Source of the DNA: a virus
Length of the DNA: 64,000 nt
Reading direction: 5' to 3' (one strand)
Virus record (IMG/VR): IMGVR_UViG_3300023106_000001
Location: 65,485 to 129,484 of that record
Part shown: piece by piece, positions 1 through 10,556 of the stretch
How positions within the stretch are numbered: position 1 is the first letter of the stretch
Layout of the letters: the number at the start of each line of letters is the position of its first letter
Position numbers and translations under genes: made by a program
The notes under the pieces: model-generated
The model's database searches: none
Told to the model about the DNA's origin: nothing
The model's input: only the letters and a program-made list of their open reading frames with translations

Positions 1-2
1 TA

Positions 3-170
3 TTTACAGCATTTCAAAAAGAGGCGGTAAAAAATGGAGGGTCACTAAGCTTTCTAAGAAAACTGTCTAGCGAAGACGCTTACACATTAGTAGAAAACGC
101 AATCAATACAGATTTTGCAGACGAACAATACACAGAAGAAGAATTTGAAAATTGGCAAAATAAAAAATAA
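3..170 (+). CDS. 3' end of a hypothetical protein (runs off the window start)
   Basis: Frame 3 is open from base 3 (FTAFQKEAVKNGG...EFENWQNKK*) to TAA at 168-170, directly abutting the next ATG at 171. Confidence 0.65.
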   Translation, partial: FTAFQKEAVKNGGSLSFLRKLSSEDAYTLVENAINTDFADEQYTEEEFENWQNKK

Positions 171-680
171 ATGAACAAATTTTACGACATAATAATCGCA
201 AAACACAAAGAATATTTACTTTATAATGAATTCCTTGAAAAAACTAAACTTGATTTCAAAGATAAAAGACAATCCGCGGTAGAAAAAGTTTATCAACTAA
301 ATTTCAATGAAAGTAAAGAAGTAGAAGAACTAATTGTTCCAGAAGAATTCACTAACTTACTTTACGATTTAAAAATAGAAGAAACAATATACATGCAAGA
401 CCTGCAAAATATATTTTACACTCTATACTTAGATGTAAAAACATATTTGGAAATTGGAGACGGAATGATTCTACCAAAAGAAATTACAGAATTATGTGAG
501 AGCTTAGAGTATCTAATTCCAAAACCATTCTTTATAGTAGATAGCAAACTTTCGGCAAAAGAAACTGAAAAAGGAAGACTAGAGCAAAGAAAAGAAAGCT
601 TAACTAAAGGACTTGAATTAGAGCAAATTAAAAACATAGTCTTGCAAGCAATTAAAGCGCAGGAAAATACGAAAGAATAA
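171..680 (+). CDS. hypothetical phage protein (169 aa)
   Basis: ORF track; A-rich codon usage like its neighbours; helical, charged; no motif recognised. Confidence 0.75.
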   Translation: MNKFYDIIIAKHKEYLLYNEFLEKTKLDFKDKRQSAVEKVYQLNFNESKEVEELIVPEEFTNLLYDLKIEETIYMQDLQNIFYTLYLDVKTYLEIGDGMILPKEITELCESLEYLIPKPFFIVDSKLSAKETEKGRLEQRKESLTKGLELEQIKNIVLQAIKAQENTKE

Positions 681-694
681 AAAACCATAAATGG

Positions 695-721
695 CCTCCT
701 AAGTACAAAATACTTAGGAGG
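695..721 (+). terminator. perfect 11-bp hairpin (terminator-like or RNA-processing/translation-control stem)
   Basis: CCTCCTAAGTA-caaaa-TACTTAGGAGG, followed only by a weak U-tract (tttaacgttt). Confidence 0.55.
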
Positions 722-737
722 TTTAACGTTTAAATAT

Positions 738-1925
738 ATGGAGATTAAAACTAAAAGAGTTGCTCATAATAAATTAAGTTGGGAACAGGTTAAACAAAGT
801 TTCTTAGAAGTACATGGAGAAGGAAATTATGAGTATGACAAAGAAAGTTTTGTTGATACAAAGTCAAAGATAAGTATTCATTGTAAAAAGCACAATTTTA
901 CATTCCCACAATTAGTTAAAGACCATAAAAAAGGTATGGGATGTTCTAAGTGTGGGAGAGAGCGACAGATAGAGTCTGCTAAAAAAGGAAATGATAAATT
1001 CATAAAGGAACTTATAGAATTGCACGGAGATATTTTTGATACTTCTAGAGTTGACTATAAAAATAATAAGACGGAAGTTGAATTAATATGTAAAGTACAT
1101 GGCTCATTTTTTAGAAAACCCTGTGATATATTAAATAATAACAATGCATGTAATAAATGTAAATTAGAAAAATCTAAGTATAATAATAAAGAACTATTTA
1201 TACAAGAGTCTACAAAATTATTTGGAGACATAACGGATTACTCAAAAGTAGGAGAGATATCAGCCTCAAAAAATGTAAATTTAAGATGTACTGTGCACGA
1301 CCATTACTTTAATTTAATTGTGTCTAATAGACTAGGGGGTCAAAAGTGTCCAAAATGCGCAGAAGAAAATTATAGTCTACTAAGAAAGAAATCAACAGAG
1401 CAGTTTATAAATGAAGCCAAAGAAATTTATGGAGATCTACACGATTATACAGATACTGTTTATACTGGATGTAGGAGAGAATTAGAGGTAAGATGTAAAA
1501 AACATGATTTCAAATTTAAAGCTTATCCAAATAGTTATCTAGATGGATATACTTGTTTTAAATGTAGACATGAAACCACAGGATATAAAGGAAGACATCA
1601 TCATACAAAAGAAGGGTATACATATTTAGCTAATGGTAGAACCACTTATTTATATTTAATAAAATGTTCTATAGATGATGAGGAATTTTATAAAATTGGT
1701 AAAACTTTTAGAAGCATGAAGGAAAGATTTACTAAAACTAATATGCCATATAACTATGAAGTAATATCTATTTATAATGGAAGTGCAGATAAAATATGGG
1801 ATTTAGAAGAAAAATTACATAAAAAATATAAGAAGTACAAATATAAAGTAAAAATACTTTTTGATGGGTATTCGGAGTGTTATAATTTAAATTTACCAAT
1901 AGAGGAGGTATTAAGATATGAGTGA
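738..1925 (+). CDS. free-standing homing endonuclease-like protein: tandem Zn-binding repeats plus C-terminal GIY-YIG-like (T5orf172/MUG113-type) domain
   Basis: Repeats of Y(D/E)Y...C..H...F......G..C.KC (DUF723-like). C-terminal TYLYLIKC...FYKIGKT...RF...E..LH..Y. Overlaps the terminase start. Confidence 0.75.
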   Translation: MEIKTKRVAHNKLSWEQVKQSFLEVHGEGNYEYDKESFVDTKSKISIHCKKHNFTFPQLVKDHKKGMGCSKCGRERQIESAKKGNDKFIKELIELHGDIFDTSRVDYKNNKTEVELICKVHGSFFRKPCDILNNNNACNKCKLEKSKYNNKELFIQESTKLFGDITDYSKVGEISASKNVNLRCTVHDHYFNLIVSNRLGGQKCPKCAEENYSLLRKKSTEQFINEAKEIYGDLHDYTDTVYTGCRRELEVRCKKHDFKFKAYPNSYLDGYTCFKCRHETTGYKGRHHHTKEGYTYLANGRTTYLYLIKCSIDDEEFYKIGKTFRSMKERFTKTNMPYNYEVISIYNGSADKIWDLEEKLHKKYKKYKYKVKILFDGYSECYNLNLPIEEVLRYE

Positions 1926-4656
1926 TTTTGCTGATAGATTCATAAGGGATCATACAGAGTATTTTGCAAGAAATAAAAAAGTAATAGAAAGCAATAACTG
2001 GAATGATACAAAAACCTATAACAACACCTTAGATAATTTTGCTCAACAAGTATTATCCATTTCAAATAGTAATTTAGAAGATAAAGAAAAACAGTTAAAG
2101 GAGCTTAGAGCTCAAATAAGAGTATTCACCGACACTTCTAAAAAAACAAAAGACGCTTTATTTAAACAAGAAAACCAGTTGACTTCTTCAATACTGGGGA
2201 GATTATCCGCTTTTATTAAAGATAGTAAAGGAGATAGAGATGACCCTAAAGCACAAAAATTTATATTAGAAACCGCAGAAATAATTCAAATTCATTTAAC
2301 AAAGTGCAGAGAGTATTTAGATTATAATTTAGAGGTAATAACTCAAGATACAAAAACTGAGGAAGAAGCTGATTATAAGTCTAGTGAGATAGTATTTCAA
2401 GATACAGTTTTTAATAAGAAAATAGAAATACAAGGTACATTAGAAGATTTAAATATAAATGATAATACAGAGAATTTAAAAATAAGATTCTATAAAGAAG
2501 ACAAAGCTCCTTTGATTATGAGAGAACCTCTATGTTTACTTAATGAAGATATAGAGAGAAAAACCTTAAATTTAAATACAAATTGGGATATAGTAACATC
2601 TACCGATATGTATATAAATATGAAGCCAGAGAATATACCAAAATGGAACAGAAATAAGCATTATTTTGATCAAGACCCCGTAGTTTTACAATTTTGGTCA
2701 GAGGAGTACAATAAGATCCAGAATGGTATAACAATTGGTGGATATTTTATGCATCCTTGGGCTTACTTTCATCTTAATTTTTTTAGAACACCTATTCCAC
2801 AACCTGATGGAAAAGAGCCAAATGTACCTCCACCATTTAGAGATAATGAGTGGTTTTTCGCGGAAAATTTAAAAAAGTGTATTAGTAAAGACTACCCTGA
2901 TTATTACTCCAAAGCTTTATTAATATATGGAACTAGACGTTTTGGTAAGTCTGTAATTCTAGCTTCTCTAGCTCACTGGAGAACCATAACTAAGTTCAAC
3001 TCTTTTGGAAGTATAATAGGGGGCACATCATCAGATATTAATGCCTTAACTAGTAAGATTAAAACTTCAATGACGTATATTGATAAACCATTTAGAATGG
3101 ATATCATAAAACAGAATTGGGAAAATGGGGAGACTACATTTGGTATAAAAGAGGATGCCTCAAATGCTATTATTTACTCTACATTAATGGTACAAAACCT
3201 AGAAGAAGGTACAGCAAAAAAAACACAAAAGACAGCGGGTCTGGCTCCTTCAGTCTCAATTTATGATGAAATTGGCAAATATTCTTTCCTTAAACCTTAT
3301 CTAGCAGCATTACCTTCGTTTAAAACTCCTTATGGATTTAAGTGTATTACTGCACTTGCAGGTACAGGGGGGGAAGCGGATTTATCTAAAGATGCAATGG
3401 ATGTTTTATCTAACCCTGAAGCCTATGATTTGCTGCCAATGGATTGGGATTTATTGGAAAACAAAATAGATCCAGATGAAATAACATGGAAAAGAAGACC
3501 TTTTGCTACATTTTTTCCAGGTCAAATGGCTTATGAAGAAGGTTTTATTAAAAATAGAATTAATTTCTCAGATTTTATAGACTCTAATCATGAAGATCTT
3601 AAAGATATAAAAATAGATGTCACAAACTGGAAAGGTAATAAAGAATACCTGGTTAATAAAGCAGCAGAAGGCGATAATGTGAGAGGTGCAAATGCGGCTC
3701 TTTTAAAACAACAAAGAAAAGTACAATATCCATTAGATCCAGAGGATTGTTTTTTATCAGCTAATAAAAATCCATTTGAATATGAAGATGCAAGAAGACA
3801 TAAAGAATTTTTAGATAATTCAGGACAGTGGGATAGAAGAAGAAGATTATTCAAAGACAGTCAAGGTAAGATACAAGCTGAGATATCAACCATGCCTTTA
3901 ATTGAATACCCGTTTTCAGGAGGAGTTGCAGAAGCACCATTTTTAATTTTTGAAGATATCCCAGATGAAATACCTCAGATGTACACATACGTGGCTGGAA
4001 TGGACGACTACAAGCAAGTATCATCCAATACAGACTCTGTAGGTACTTTATATATATTTAAGTATGATTTATTTGGGGATAAATTTGCAAAAAAATTAGT
4101 AGCGTCTTACTCAGGAAGACCTGATAAACATTTAACTTTCCATAATAATTGTTTACTGTTATTAGAAGCATATAATGCAATATGTTTTATGGAAAATGAA
4201 GATACTGCATTTATAGAATTTTTAGAATCAAAACACTTAGAAGACAAGTATTTAGCAAAAGCGGTAGATTTCACATCATCTTTAAATATTACTAATAACT
4301 CACCTAGAAAATTTGGATGGTCTCCTAAACAATCTAAATCAAAGTTACTGAATATGTTTGTTAATTATTGTAATCAAGACATTCCAAGTATAAATGAAAA
4401 AGGTGAAGAAATAACAGTTAAAGGTATAACTAGAATAAATGATGTTGTTCTTTTGACAGAAATAATAAACTTTAAAGAGATAGGTAACTACGATAGAATA
4501 ACAGCATGTTTAGGGGCAATAGGTTGGTTACATTATTTAGAAACTAACTGGATACATCCCAAAACTATAAATAAACAATTAAAAGAGGATGAGAATAGAA
4601 AACCATTTATTAAGACACCAATTAGAGGAGGAAGAGGTGGTAGAACAAGACTCTAA
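1918..4656 (+). CDS. terL: terminase large subunit (crAss-like)
   Basis: Walker A IYGTRRFGKS, Walker B SIYDEIGK, coupling motif LAGTGG, nuclease motif YVAGMDDY and C-terminal NYDRI. Sits upstream of the portal gene. Confidence 0.93.
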   Translation: MSDFADRFIRDHTEYFARNKKVIESNNWNDTKTYNNTLDNFAQQVLSISNSNLEDKEKQLKELRAQIRVFTDTSKKTKDALFKQENQLTSSILGRLSAFIKDSKGDRDDPKAQKFILETAEIIQIHLTKCREYLDYNLEVITQDTKTEEEADYKSSEIVFQDTVFNKKIEIQGTLEDLNINDNTENLKIRFYKEDKAPLIMREPLCLLNEDIERKTLNLNTNWDIVTSTDMYINMKPENIPKWNRNKHYFDQDPVVLQFWSEEYNKIQNGITIGGYFMHPWAYFHLNFFRTPIPQPDGKEPNVPPPFRDNEWFFAENLKKCISKDYPDYYSKALLIYGTRRFGKSVILASLAHWRTITKFNSFGSIIGGTSSDINALTSKIKTSMTYIDKPFRMDIIKQNWENGETTFGIKEDASNAIIYSTLMVQNLEEGTAKKTQKTAGLAPSVSIYDEIGKYSFLKPYLAALPSFKTPYGFKCITALAGTGGEADLSKDAMDVLSNPEAYDLLPMDWDLLENKIDPDEITWKRRPFATFFPGQMAYEEGFIKNRINFSDFIDSNHEDLKDIKIDVTNWKGNKEYLVNKAAEGDNVRGANAALLKQQRKVQYPLDPEDCFLSANKNPFEYEDARRHKEFLDNSGQWDRRRRLFKDSQGKIQAEISTMPLIEYPFSGGVAEAPFLIFEDIPDEIPQMYTYVAGMDDYKQVSSNTDSVGTLYIFKYDLFGDKFAKKLVASYSGRPDKHLTFHNNCLLLLEAYNAICFMENEDTAFIEFLESKHLEDKYLAKAVDFTSSLNITNNSPRKFGWSPKQSKSKLLNMFVNYCNQDIPSINEKGEEITVKGITRINDVVLLTEIINFKEIGNYDRITACLGAIGWLHYLETNWIHPKTINKQLKEDENRKPFIKTPIRGGRGGRTRL

Positions 4657-4666
4657 AAGTAAGTAA

Positions 4667-4698
4667 TTTGTTAAAACTATTATTTATGTGTAAATTTG
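4667..4698 (+). promoter_or_regulatory. Bacteroidota sigma-ABfr-type promoter (-33 TTTG / -7 TAAATTTG)
   Basis: TTTG 4667-4670, 20-nt spacer, TAAATTTG 4691-4698, upstream of the ATG at 4721. Confidence 0.75.
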
Positions 4699-4720
4699 CG
4701 GATTAACTACAGTAAAACTA

Positions 4721-5476
4721 ATGAATATAATAGGTATTTATAAAATAACATCGCCCTCTGGTAAAATATATATTGGTAAATCTATACACATAAATATACG
4801 AAAGAATGACTATAGTTCTAAAGATAAGTGTAAAACACAACCTAGGCTATTTAACTCAATAAAAAAATATGGTTGGGATAAGCATATTATGGAAATTATA
4901 GAGATATGTACAGTAGATAATCTTAGTGAAAGAGAACGACACTGGCAGGATTTTTATGATGTTTTAGGTGAAAATGGTCTAAATTGTATGTTAACTTTGA
5001 CATCAGATAAAAGTGGTAATTTGCACCCTGACACTAAGAGAAAAATGAGTGAGTCTAAAAAAGGACTTAATAACAAAACAGCAATAGCAACAGTTTGTAC
5101 TCTGACAGGGAAAGAATGGCATTCTGCACAAATGTGCGCCGAGGAAAATGGAATAGTACCAAATACCTTAATTTATAAACTTTTAGGTAAAAACACAAAT
5201 GACACTCCTTACATATATAAGAAAAATTTACACTTAAAAGATACTATGTGTAATCAAACAGTAAGGGGATTCAAAGGAAAAAATAATCCCATGTTTGGTA
5301 AATCGGGAAAGGATGCACCTAGCTCTAAAGCAGTAATTTGTAATTTAACAGGTAAAACTTGGGATACAATTTTAGAATGTGCTATAGAGAATGGTATAAA
5401 CCATATTACTCTAGGTGGCTGGTTAAGAGGAACTTCCCCTAATAAGTCAACTTTTAAATTTTTAGCAGATGTCTGA
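4721..5476 (+). CDS. GIY-YIG homing endonuclease with NUMOD-type DNA-binding repeats
   Basis: N-terminal IGIYKITSPSGKIYIGKS...R...E; NUMOD3-like HPDTKRKMSESKKG and GKNNPMFGK; NUMOD1-like repeats. Overlaps the portal start. Confidence 0.88.
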   Translation: MNIIGIYKITSPSGKIYIGKSIHINIRKNDYSSKDKCKTQPRLFNSIKKYGWDKHIMEIIEICTVDNLSERERHWQDFYDVLGENGLNCMLTLTSDKSGNLHPDTKRKMSESKKGLNNKTAIATVCTLTGKEWHSAQMCAEENGIVPNTLIYKLLGKNTNDTPYIYKKNLHLKDTMCNQTVRGFKGKNNPMFGKSGKDAPSSKAVICNLTGKTWDTILECAIENGINHITLGGWLRGTSPNKSTFKFLADV

Positions 5477-8258
5477 TTCTTTTACAACCAGTTTCTTGAG
5501 TAACTTTGGACAGGGAGGTGATTTTTCATCTGCTTTACCAACCCAGACACTTTTAGAGTCACAAAAAAATGACAAATGGGTTCAGCTTTGTTTGGATAGA
5601 CTTGAAACTATTGCCGTGCGCCAATTTAATAGAAATATTGAGTTTCGAGATTTTTACAAAATGAAGGAAGGTACTTTAATATACTCCGACTACGGCCTAG
5701 AAGATTTCTCAAAAGAAATTATAAGACTGCGCGGAGAAACAGATTATCCAGTTCATGCTAAACATTATGACTTCTTAGGAATTATATGTAACCAAATTGA
5801 ATCAGATTGGATTACAAGCAAGGCCGCATTTAGAATAGACAATACAGATCCCGTTTCACAAAATGATTTTACTAGAGATCAAGACAGCAAATTATGGGAA
5901 TTCACTCAAAAGAATTTTAATCTAGAATTAGAACGTAAATTACTTGCAAGAGGAATAGTAGTAAATGAAGACAGACAGTTTCAATCCGAACAGGAAATGC
6001 AAGCTTATGCTCAGGAACTACAACAGCAAAAAGATCAACTTGTTCCGCCAGAAGCAATTCAGGAGGCAATGTTTAAAAACTGGAAAACAACAGCTACTGA
6101 GTGGGCGGAAAAAACATATGAATTAGACCAAGACCGTTTTGGAATGGAGAAAATGAGCCGTCAAGAGATGGTTGATAGGCTTCTAACAGGAAGATGGTTT
6201 AGACATTATCATATAGGATATGACTATTATAAGCCAGAAAGATGGCATCCCTGCCAAGTATCTTTTTCAGAAGATTTAGATATAGAATATCCACAAGATG
6301 CAGAATACGTATCTTTCTTGACTCAAATGTCACCCTCTAAATTCTTAAATAGGTTCGGCGACAAAATAGATGAAGACACTCAAAAAAGATTAATGGGTTA
6401 TTACAACCAAAATCAAAGTGGAGGGTATAGTGGAGGAGCTTCTGTCAATCAAGTAATACAAAATAACTTCGGGCAAGTACAACAATTACCATTTGCAGGA
6501 TTTCATGATTATGAATTAGGTCTTGAAATTCAAGACACATTTGGAGTCCCTATGGGAGAATCAACAGTTGTAGTAGACGGTCAACAAAAAGTAGTACCAT
6601 CTTGGTATTCACCATTAGCAAGAGGCGGAGGATTTTTAAGTCAAAATACAATGAGCGAATTACGTTCAGACATTGATTTAAGATCAGACACACTGCAAGT
6701 AACAGAATCATATTGGCGTTCATACAAAAGGGTTGGTATTTTAAATTATATCAATGAAGATGGATATATGGATCAGGTTTTTACAACAGATGATTTACTA
6801 CCAGAATTTTTAAAAGAAAATGAAATTACCACGCTTAGAAAAATCTCTTTAGAAGAGGCTGAACTAAGAATGGAACCTAATACAATTGCATACACTTGGA
6901 TACCTGAAATTAGGTGGGGCGTAAAAGCAAAATCACACAACAGTTATTTAGATAAAGATTTATATATCGGCGGAAAAGCACTACCATTCCAAATTAAAGG
7001 AACACTAGATGGTGGAAGTAATATATATGATGCTAAAATACCAGTGGCAGGATATATAGGAGACTCAATAGCTAAAAAACTACGTCCATATATAATTAAA
7101 CATAATATCGTTTTAAATCAAATATATTCACTACTTGAAAAAGAATTAGGAACATTCTTTCTATTTGATATTAAATACTTACCTTCAGAATATAAAGGCT
7201 CAGGAAATACAAGACAGGCTTTAGAGCAAATGTACGATTTAATTCAGGACATCGGAATTGTTCCTGTAGATACTTCTCGCCAAAACTTAGAGGGAGGGCA
7301 ACCTGCAATGAACGCTTTTGCTACACAATCTATCGATTATACAGCAATGATTAACAATAGAATGAATTTAGCAGTTCAATTTAAATTGCAAGCTTTAGAG
7401 CAAATAGGCATTACTCCACAAAGAATTGGAACACCAGATCAGTATTCGACCGCGGAAGGAATAAAACAAGGAAATACAGCTTCATACGCACAAACAGAAG
7501 GTCTTTTTGCAGTACAAGCGGAAGCAGATAAAAGAGCCTGTTTATTACATTTAACTGTAGCACAATATTGCCAGAAAAACAATAAAGACTATTCATTCTT
7601 ATATACTAAGTCTGATGGTGAGAAAGCTTTTATAGAATTAAATGATCCGTATTTTTCTTTACGTGAGTGGTCTTTGACTATGGATATTACCTCAAATGGA
7701 AAAAAGGAATTAGAAACATTGAAAAACCTGTTATTACAAAACAACACAGTAGGAGCAGACATATTGGATATGGCAGAGATTGTGACATCAAATTCAATGA
7801 CGGCTATCATAAGTCACGCAAGGAAAAATCGTCTAGATTTACAGGCTCAAACTCAACAACAACAAGCACACGAAAAAGAAGTTGCTCAGATGCAAATTGA
7901 TGCTGCGGATAAAGCAATCCAGGCTAAGTATAATCAAGAAACTTTAATACAGAAAATGGATGACGAAAATAATTTAGAAGTTAAGAAATTAGATACTTAT
8001 GGTAAAATGTCTATTAATCAAAATTCTGATTCTAGTTTGTACGATAGATTAGATAGGGCTACGGAATTAGCTTTGAATGACGTACATCAGTCAAATGATT
8101 TTGCTCTGAAAGAAAGAAATTTAGATATCAAGGAAGACGAAATGAATTCTAGAAAAGAAAGAGACGCTAAAGAATTCCAATTAAAATTAGACCAACTTTC
8201 AGCTAAGAAAAGAGCCACTGAGGTACAACTACAAACTAGTCTAATTAACAAGAATTAA
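5469..8258 (+). CDS. portal protein (crAss-like, long C-terminal coiled-coil barrel)
   Basis: 929 aa between terL and MCP; HYD.LG.I, crAss-type portal core, Q/E/K-rich helical C-terminus. Confidence 0.85.
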   Translation: MSDSFTTSFLSNFGQGGDFSSALPTQTLLESQKNDKWVQLCLDRLETIAVRQFNRNIEFRDFYKMKEGTLIYSDYGLEDFSKEIIRLRGETDYPVHAKHYDFLGIICNQIESDWITSKAAFRIDNTDPVSQNDFTRDQDSKLWEFTQKNFNLELERKLLARGIVVNEDRQFQSEQEMQAYAQELQQQKDQLVPPEAIQEAMFKNWKTTATEWAEKTYELDQDRFGMEKMSRQEMVDRLLTGRWFRHYHIGYDYYKPERWHPCQVSFSEDLDIEYPQDAEYVSFLTQMSPSKFLNRFGDKIDEDTQKRLMGYYNQNQSGGYSGGASVNQVIQNNFGQVQQLPFAGFHDYELGLEIQDTFGVPMGESTVVVDGQQKVVPSWYSPLARGGGFLSQNTMSELRSDIDLRSDTLQVTESYWRSYKRVGILNYINEDGYMDQVFTTDDLLPEFLKENEITTLRKISLEEAELRMEPNTIAYTWIPEIRWGVKAKSHNSYLDKDLYIGGKALPFQIKGTLDGGSNIYDAKIPVAGYIGDSIAKKLRPYIIKHNIVLNQIYSLLEKELGTFFLFDIKYLPSEYKGSGNTRQALEQMYDLIQDIGIVPVDTSRQNLEGGQPAMNAFATQSIDYTAMINNRMNLAVQFKLQALEQIGITPQRIGTPDQYSTAEGIKQGNTASYAQTEGLFAVQAEADKRACLLHLTVAQYCQKNNKDYSFLYTKSDGEKAFIELNDPYFSLREWSLTMDITSNGKKELETLKNLLLQNNTVGADILDMAEIVTSNSMTAIISHARKNRLDLQAQTQQQQAHEKEVAQMQIDAADKAIQAKYNQETLIQKMDDENNLEVKKLDTYGKMSINQNSDSSLYDRLDRATELALNDVHQSNDFALKERNLDIKEDEMNSRKERDAKEFQLKLDQLSAKKRATEVQLQTSLINKN

Positions 8259-9289
8259 TGGCAGTAATATACAGACATTTAAAACCTTGCGGAGAAGTAT
8301 TCTATATAGGTATAGGTAAAAAGCATAAGAGGGCATATGCTAAAAGTGACAGGAGTAATTTTTGGAAAGATACAGTTAAAAAATACGGATATGAAGTACA
8401 AATTTTAAAATCTGACTTGACATGGGATGATGCTGTAGAGTTAGAGATTATTTTAATAGCCTATTACGGAAGGAGAAATTTAGGGAAAGGTACTCTTGTA
8501 AATTTAACTGATGGAGGCGAAGGCACTAATGGAGCTAAATTAGAGACAAGAATTAAAATAATAGACACTAGAACAGGAAAATTAGTAACTAAAGAAGAAG
8601 CCTCTAAAGAAATAGGTATAAGCCCATCTCATCTATATAGCCTATTAAAAGGAAAGTTAACAAATTATACTTATTACGTCTATGAAAAAAATTACAAAGG
8701 AGAAGTTCATTATCCTGAAGATAAATTACATGAACATCTAAAAGTAATAAATATAAAAACAAAGGAGATTTTTAACAGTATGATTAGCGGGGCAAGATCT
8801 ATAGGAATGAGTACAGCCGCCTTTCAGAGAAGAATGAAGGGAGAAGTTAAGAATAATACTCCATTCGTACTATTAAATAACTATGTTGAAGGGAAAATAA
8901 AATACAGTCATTATGTAAATTACATATGCACTAAGACTTTAAAAACTTTTGCTACAGTGAAAGAGTGTGGTGATTATTTAGGTATTAATTCTAAAACTTT
9001 AAGCGTTTGTTTAAATCCAGACAGAAGAGAAAATAATTCAACAACTATAATGTTATATAAGGATTACTTGACATATGGAATAATCCCACCACATGTAATA
9101 ACTAAAGAAAATATTAAAGTTATAAATAAGGACACAAAAGAAATTTTTGAAAGTATAAGATCCGCAGCTATTTCAGTCAACATGGATAGAGGCACCTTAA
9201 GAAGAAAACTAAAAGGAAAATCTAAAAACGACACACCCTTCATGCTTTTATCAGAATACGAAGAAATATACGGAAAAGTAAATAACTAA
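8258..9289 (+). CDS. GIY-YIG-family homing endonuclease-like protein with NUMOD1-like repeats
   Basis: VIYRH...EVFYIGIG...RAY...E..LIAYYGR...LVNLTDGGEG, then about four repeats of KVIN..T.EIF.S...AA..IG. Start overlaps the portal stop (TAATG). Confidence 0.8.
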   Translation: MAVIYRHLKPCGEVFYIGIGKKHKRAYAKSDRSNFWKDTVKKYGYEVQILKSDLTWDDAVELEIILIAYYGRRNLGKGTLVNLTDGGEGTNGAKLETRIKIIDTRTGKLVTKEEASKEIGISPSHLYSLLKGKLTNYTYYVYEKNYKGEVHYPEDKLHEHLKVINIKTKEIFNSMISGARSIGMSTAAFQRRMKGEVKNNTPFVLLNNYVEGKIKYSHYVNYICTKTLKTFATVKECGDYLGINSKTLSVCLNPDRRENNSTTIMLYKDYLTYGIIPPHVITKENIKVINKDTKEIFESIRSAAISVNMDRGTLRRKLKGKSKNDTPFMLLSEYEEIYGKVNN

Positions 9290-9313
9290 TAATCTCAGTC
9301 TTACTTTTAAAAT

Positions 9314-9356
9314 AAGGGCGTATCTTACTAAAAAATTAAGGAAAATACACCTTTTT
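9314..9356 (+). terminator. probable intrinsic terminator
   Basis: AAGGGCGTAT/ATACACCTT stem with one mismatch, inner CTTA/TAAG stem, followed by a T-run. Confidence 0.45.
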
Positions 9357-9372
9357 CGATAAAATTAAGAAA

Positions 9373-9404
9373 TTTGAATATCAGATAATAATAACATAAA
9401 TTTG
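9373..9404 (+). promoter_or_regulatory. Bacteroidota-type promoter for scaffold/MCP
   Basis: TTTG 9373-9376, 20-nt spacer, TAAATTTG 9397-9404. Confidence 0.75.
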
Positions 9405-9413
9405 CACAATACA

Positions 9414-10535
9414 ATGCCACAAGAAAACCAAACAAGTACTTTAGACACAGCTTTATCCTTTGATGATTTACAAAAAGGATTTTCATTCTCACCACCAGAT
9501 GAGACAACTCCTGAAACTCCCGAATTAACATTTGAACCTTTAGATTTAAGCGGAGAAAAAAAGGACGAAGAAATTGTAGATCCTCCCGCGGGAGAAAAAC
9601 CTGAAGAAAAAGATCCTGAGTTTAAACCTTTAAATTTAGAAACACCTAAAGATAATTTTTACACAAACCTATTAAAAAAGAAACTTGAAAAAGGACTTTG
9701 GGAAGATGTAATTATTAAAGAAGGAGAAACAGAAACAAAACTTTCTGAAATTGAAGACTTAACAGAAGAAGAGTATCTTAAACTTGAAGAGGATCAGTTA
9801 GCTATTAAGAACGAGGACATCAAAGAAAAATATATTTCAATTGACGGAATCGCGGAAGAAAAAAAGCTAATTCTTGAAATTGTTAAAAACGGAGGAAACT
9901 TAGCAGAGTTATTCCAAAATGAGCAACAACTAGAAAAACCGTTTGATGAAAGTAAAGGGTGGGATTTAGAAAATGAAAAACACCAGGAATCAATTGCTTA
10001 TCAACATTATTTAAGTCAAGGAAATACACCAAGCAGAGCAAAACTATTAGTAGAAGAAGACAAGAAAGAGTTTGTTTTAGATAGTGTGGCCAAACAAATT
10101 GTAGATTTTCATCAAAAAGCATATAGCGATAATTTAAATGAAATCAATAAAAAACTAATTGAAGATAAGGCCTCGGAAAAAGAAAATCTAAAAGTTTACA
10201 GATCAGAACTTACTAAAAAATATAAAGAAGATAAAGTACCAGAGCATGATATTAAGAAATTAGTAGATGCCGCCACAAAAGAAGATCAAAACGGAGAATT
10301 TGCTGTAGACACTATCTACGAAACAAAAATGAAAGACCCGATTGAAGCTTCAGAACTAATTTTCTTTTTAACTAATAAAGAACAGTATTTGCAACAAAAA
10401 ATGCTGGAAACAAAAGTTAAAACAAATTTAAGTACAATGCGAACAATTAATAGAGCACCAAAAGATGCTGCACAAAAAGTCGCGCCAAAAGAAGAAACAC
10501 AAGAATCAGGATTTAGATTTAATATACCAACATAA
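9414..10535 (+). CDS. probable capsid scaffolding/assembly protein
   Basis: Acidic, Pro/Glu-rich N-terminus and helical body, immediately before MCP. ATG 9414 is preferred because the track's TTG at 9402 lies inside the -7 promoter box. Confidence 0.65.
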   Translation: MPQENQTSTLDTALSFDDLQKGFSFSPPDETTPETPELTFEPLDLSGEKKDEEIVDPPAGEKPEEKDPEFKPLNLETPKDNFYTNLLKKKLEKGLWEDVIIKEGETETKLSEIEDLTEEEYLKLEEDQLAIKNEDIKEKYISIDGIAEEKKLILEIVKNGGNLAELFQNEQQLEKPFDESKGWDLENEKHQESIAYQHYLSQGNTPSRAKLLVEEDKKEFVLDSVAKQIVDFHQKAYSDNLNEINKKLIEDKASEKENLKVYRSELTKKYKEDKVPEHDIKKLVDAATKEDQNGEFAVDTIYETKMKDPIEASELIFFLTNKEQYLQQKMLETKVKTNLSTMRTINRAPKDAAQKVAPKEETQESGFRFNIPT

Positions 10536-10556
10536 AAAACAAATAAACAAAATAAA

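Noticed and set aside
3367-3373. G7 run in terL as a phase-variation site
   Set aside because: It encodes the conserved TGG(E) motif of an essential enzyme and is short; frameshifts would be lethal.
9402-9413. Track starts at 9402, 20066, 21340, 37432, 44355 and 61088
   Set aside because: They overlap promoters or upstream genes; downstream ATGs (9414, 20105, 21403, 37480, 44379, 61112) have the A-rich leaders typical of this genome.
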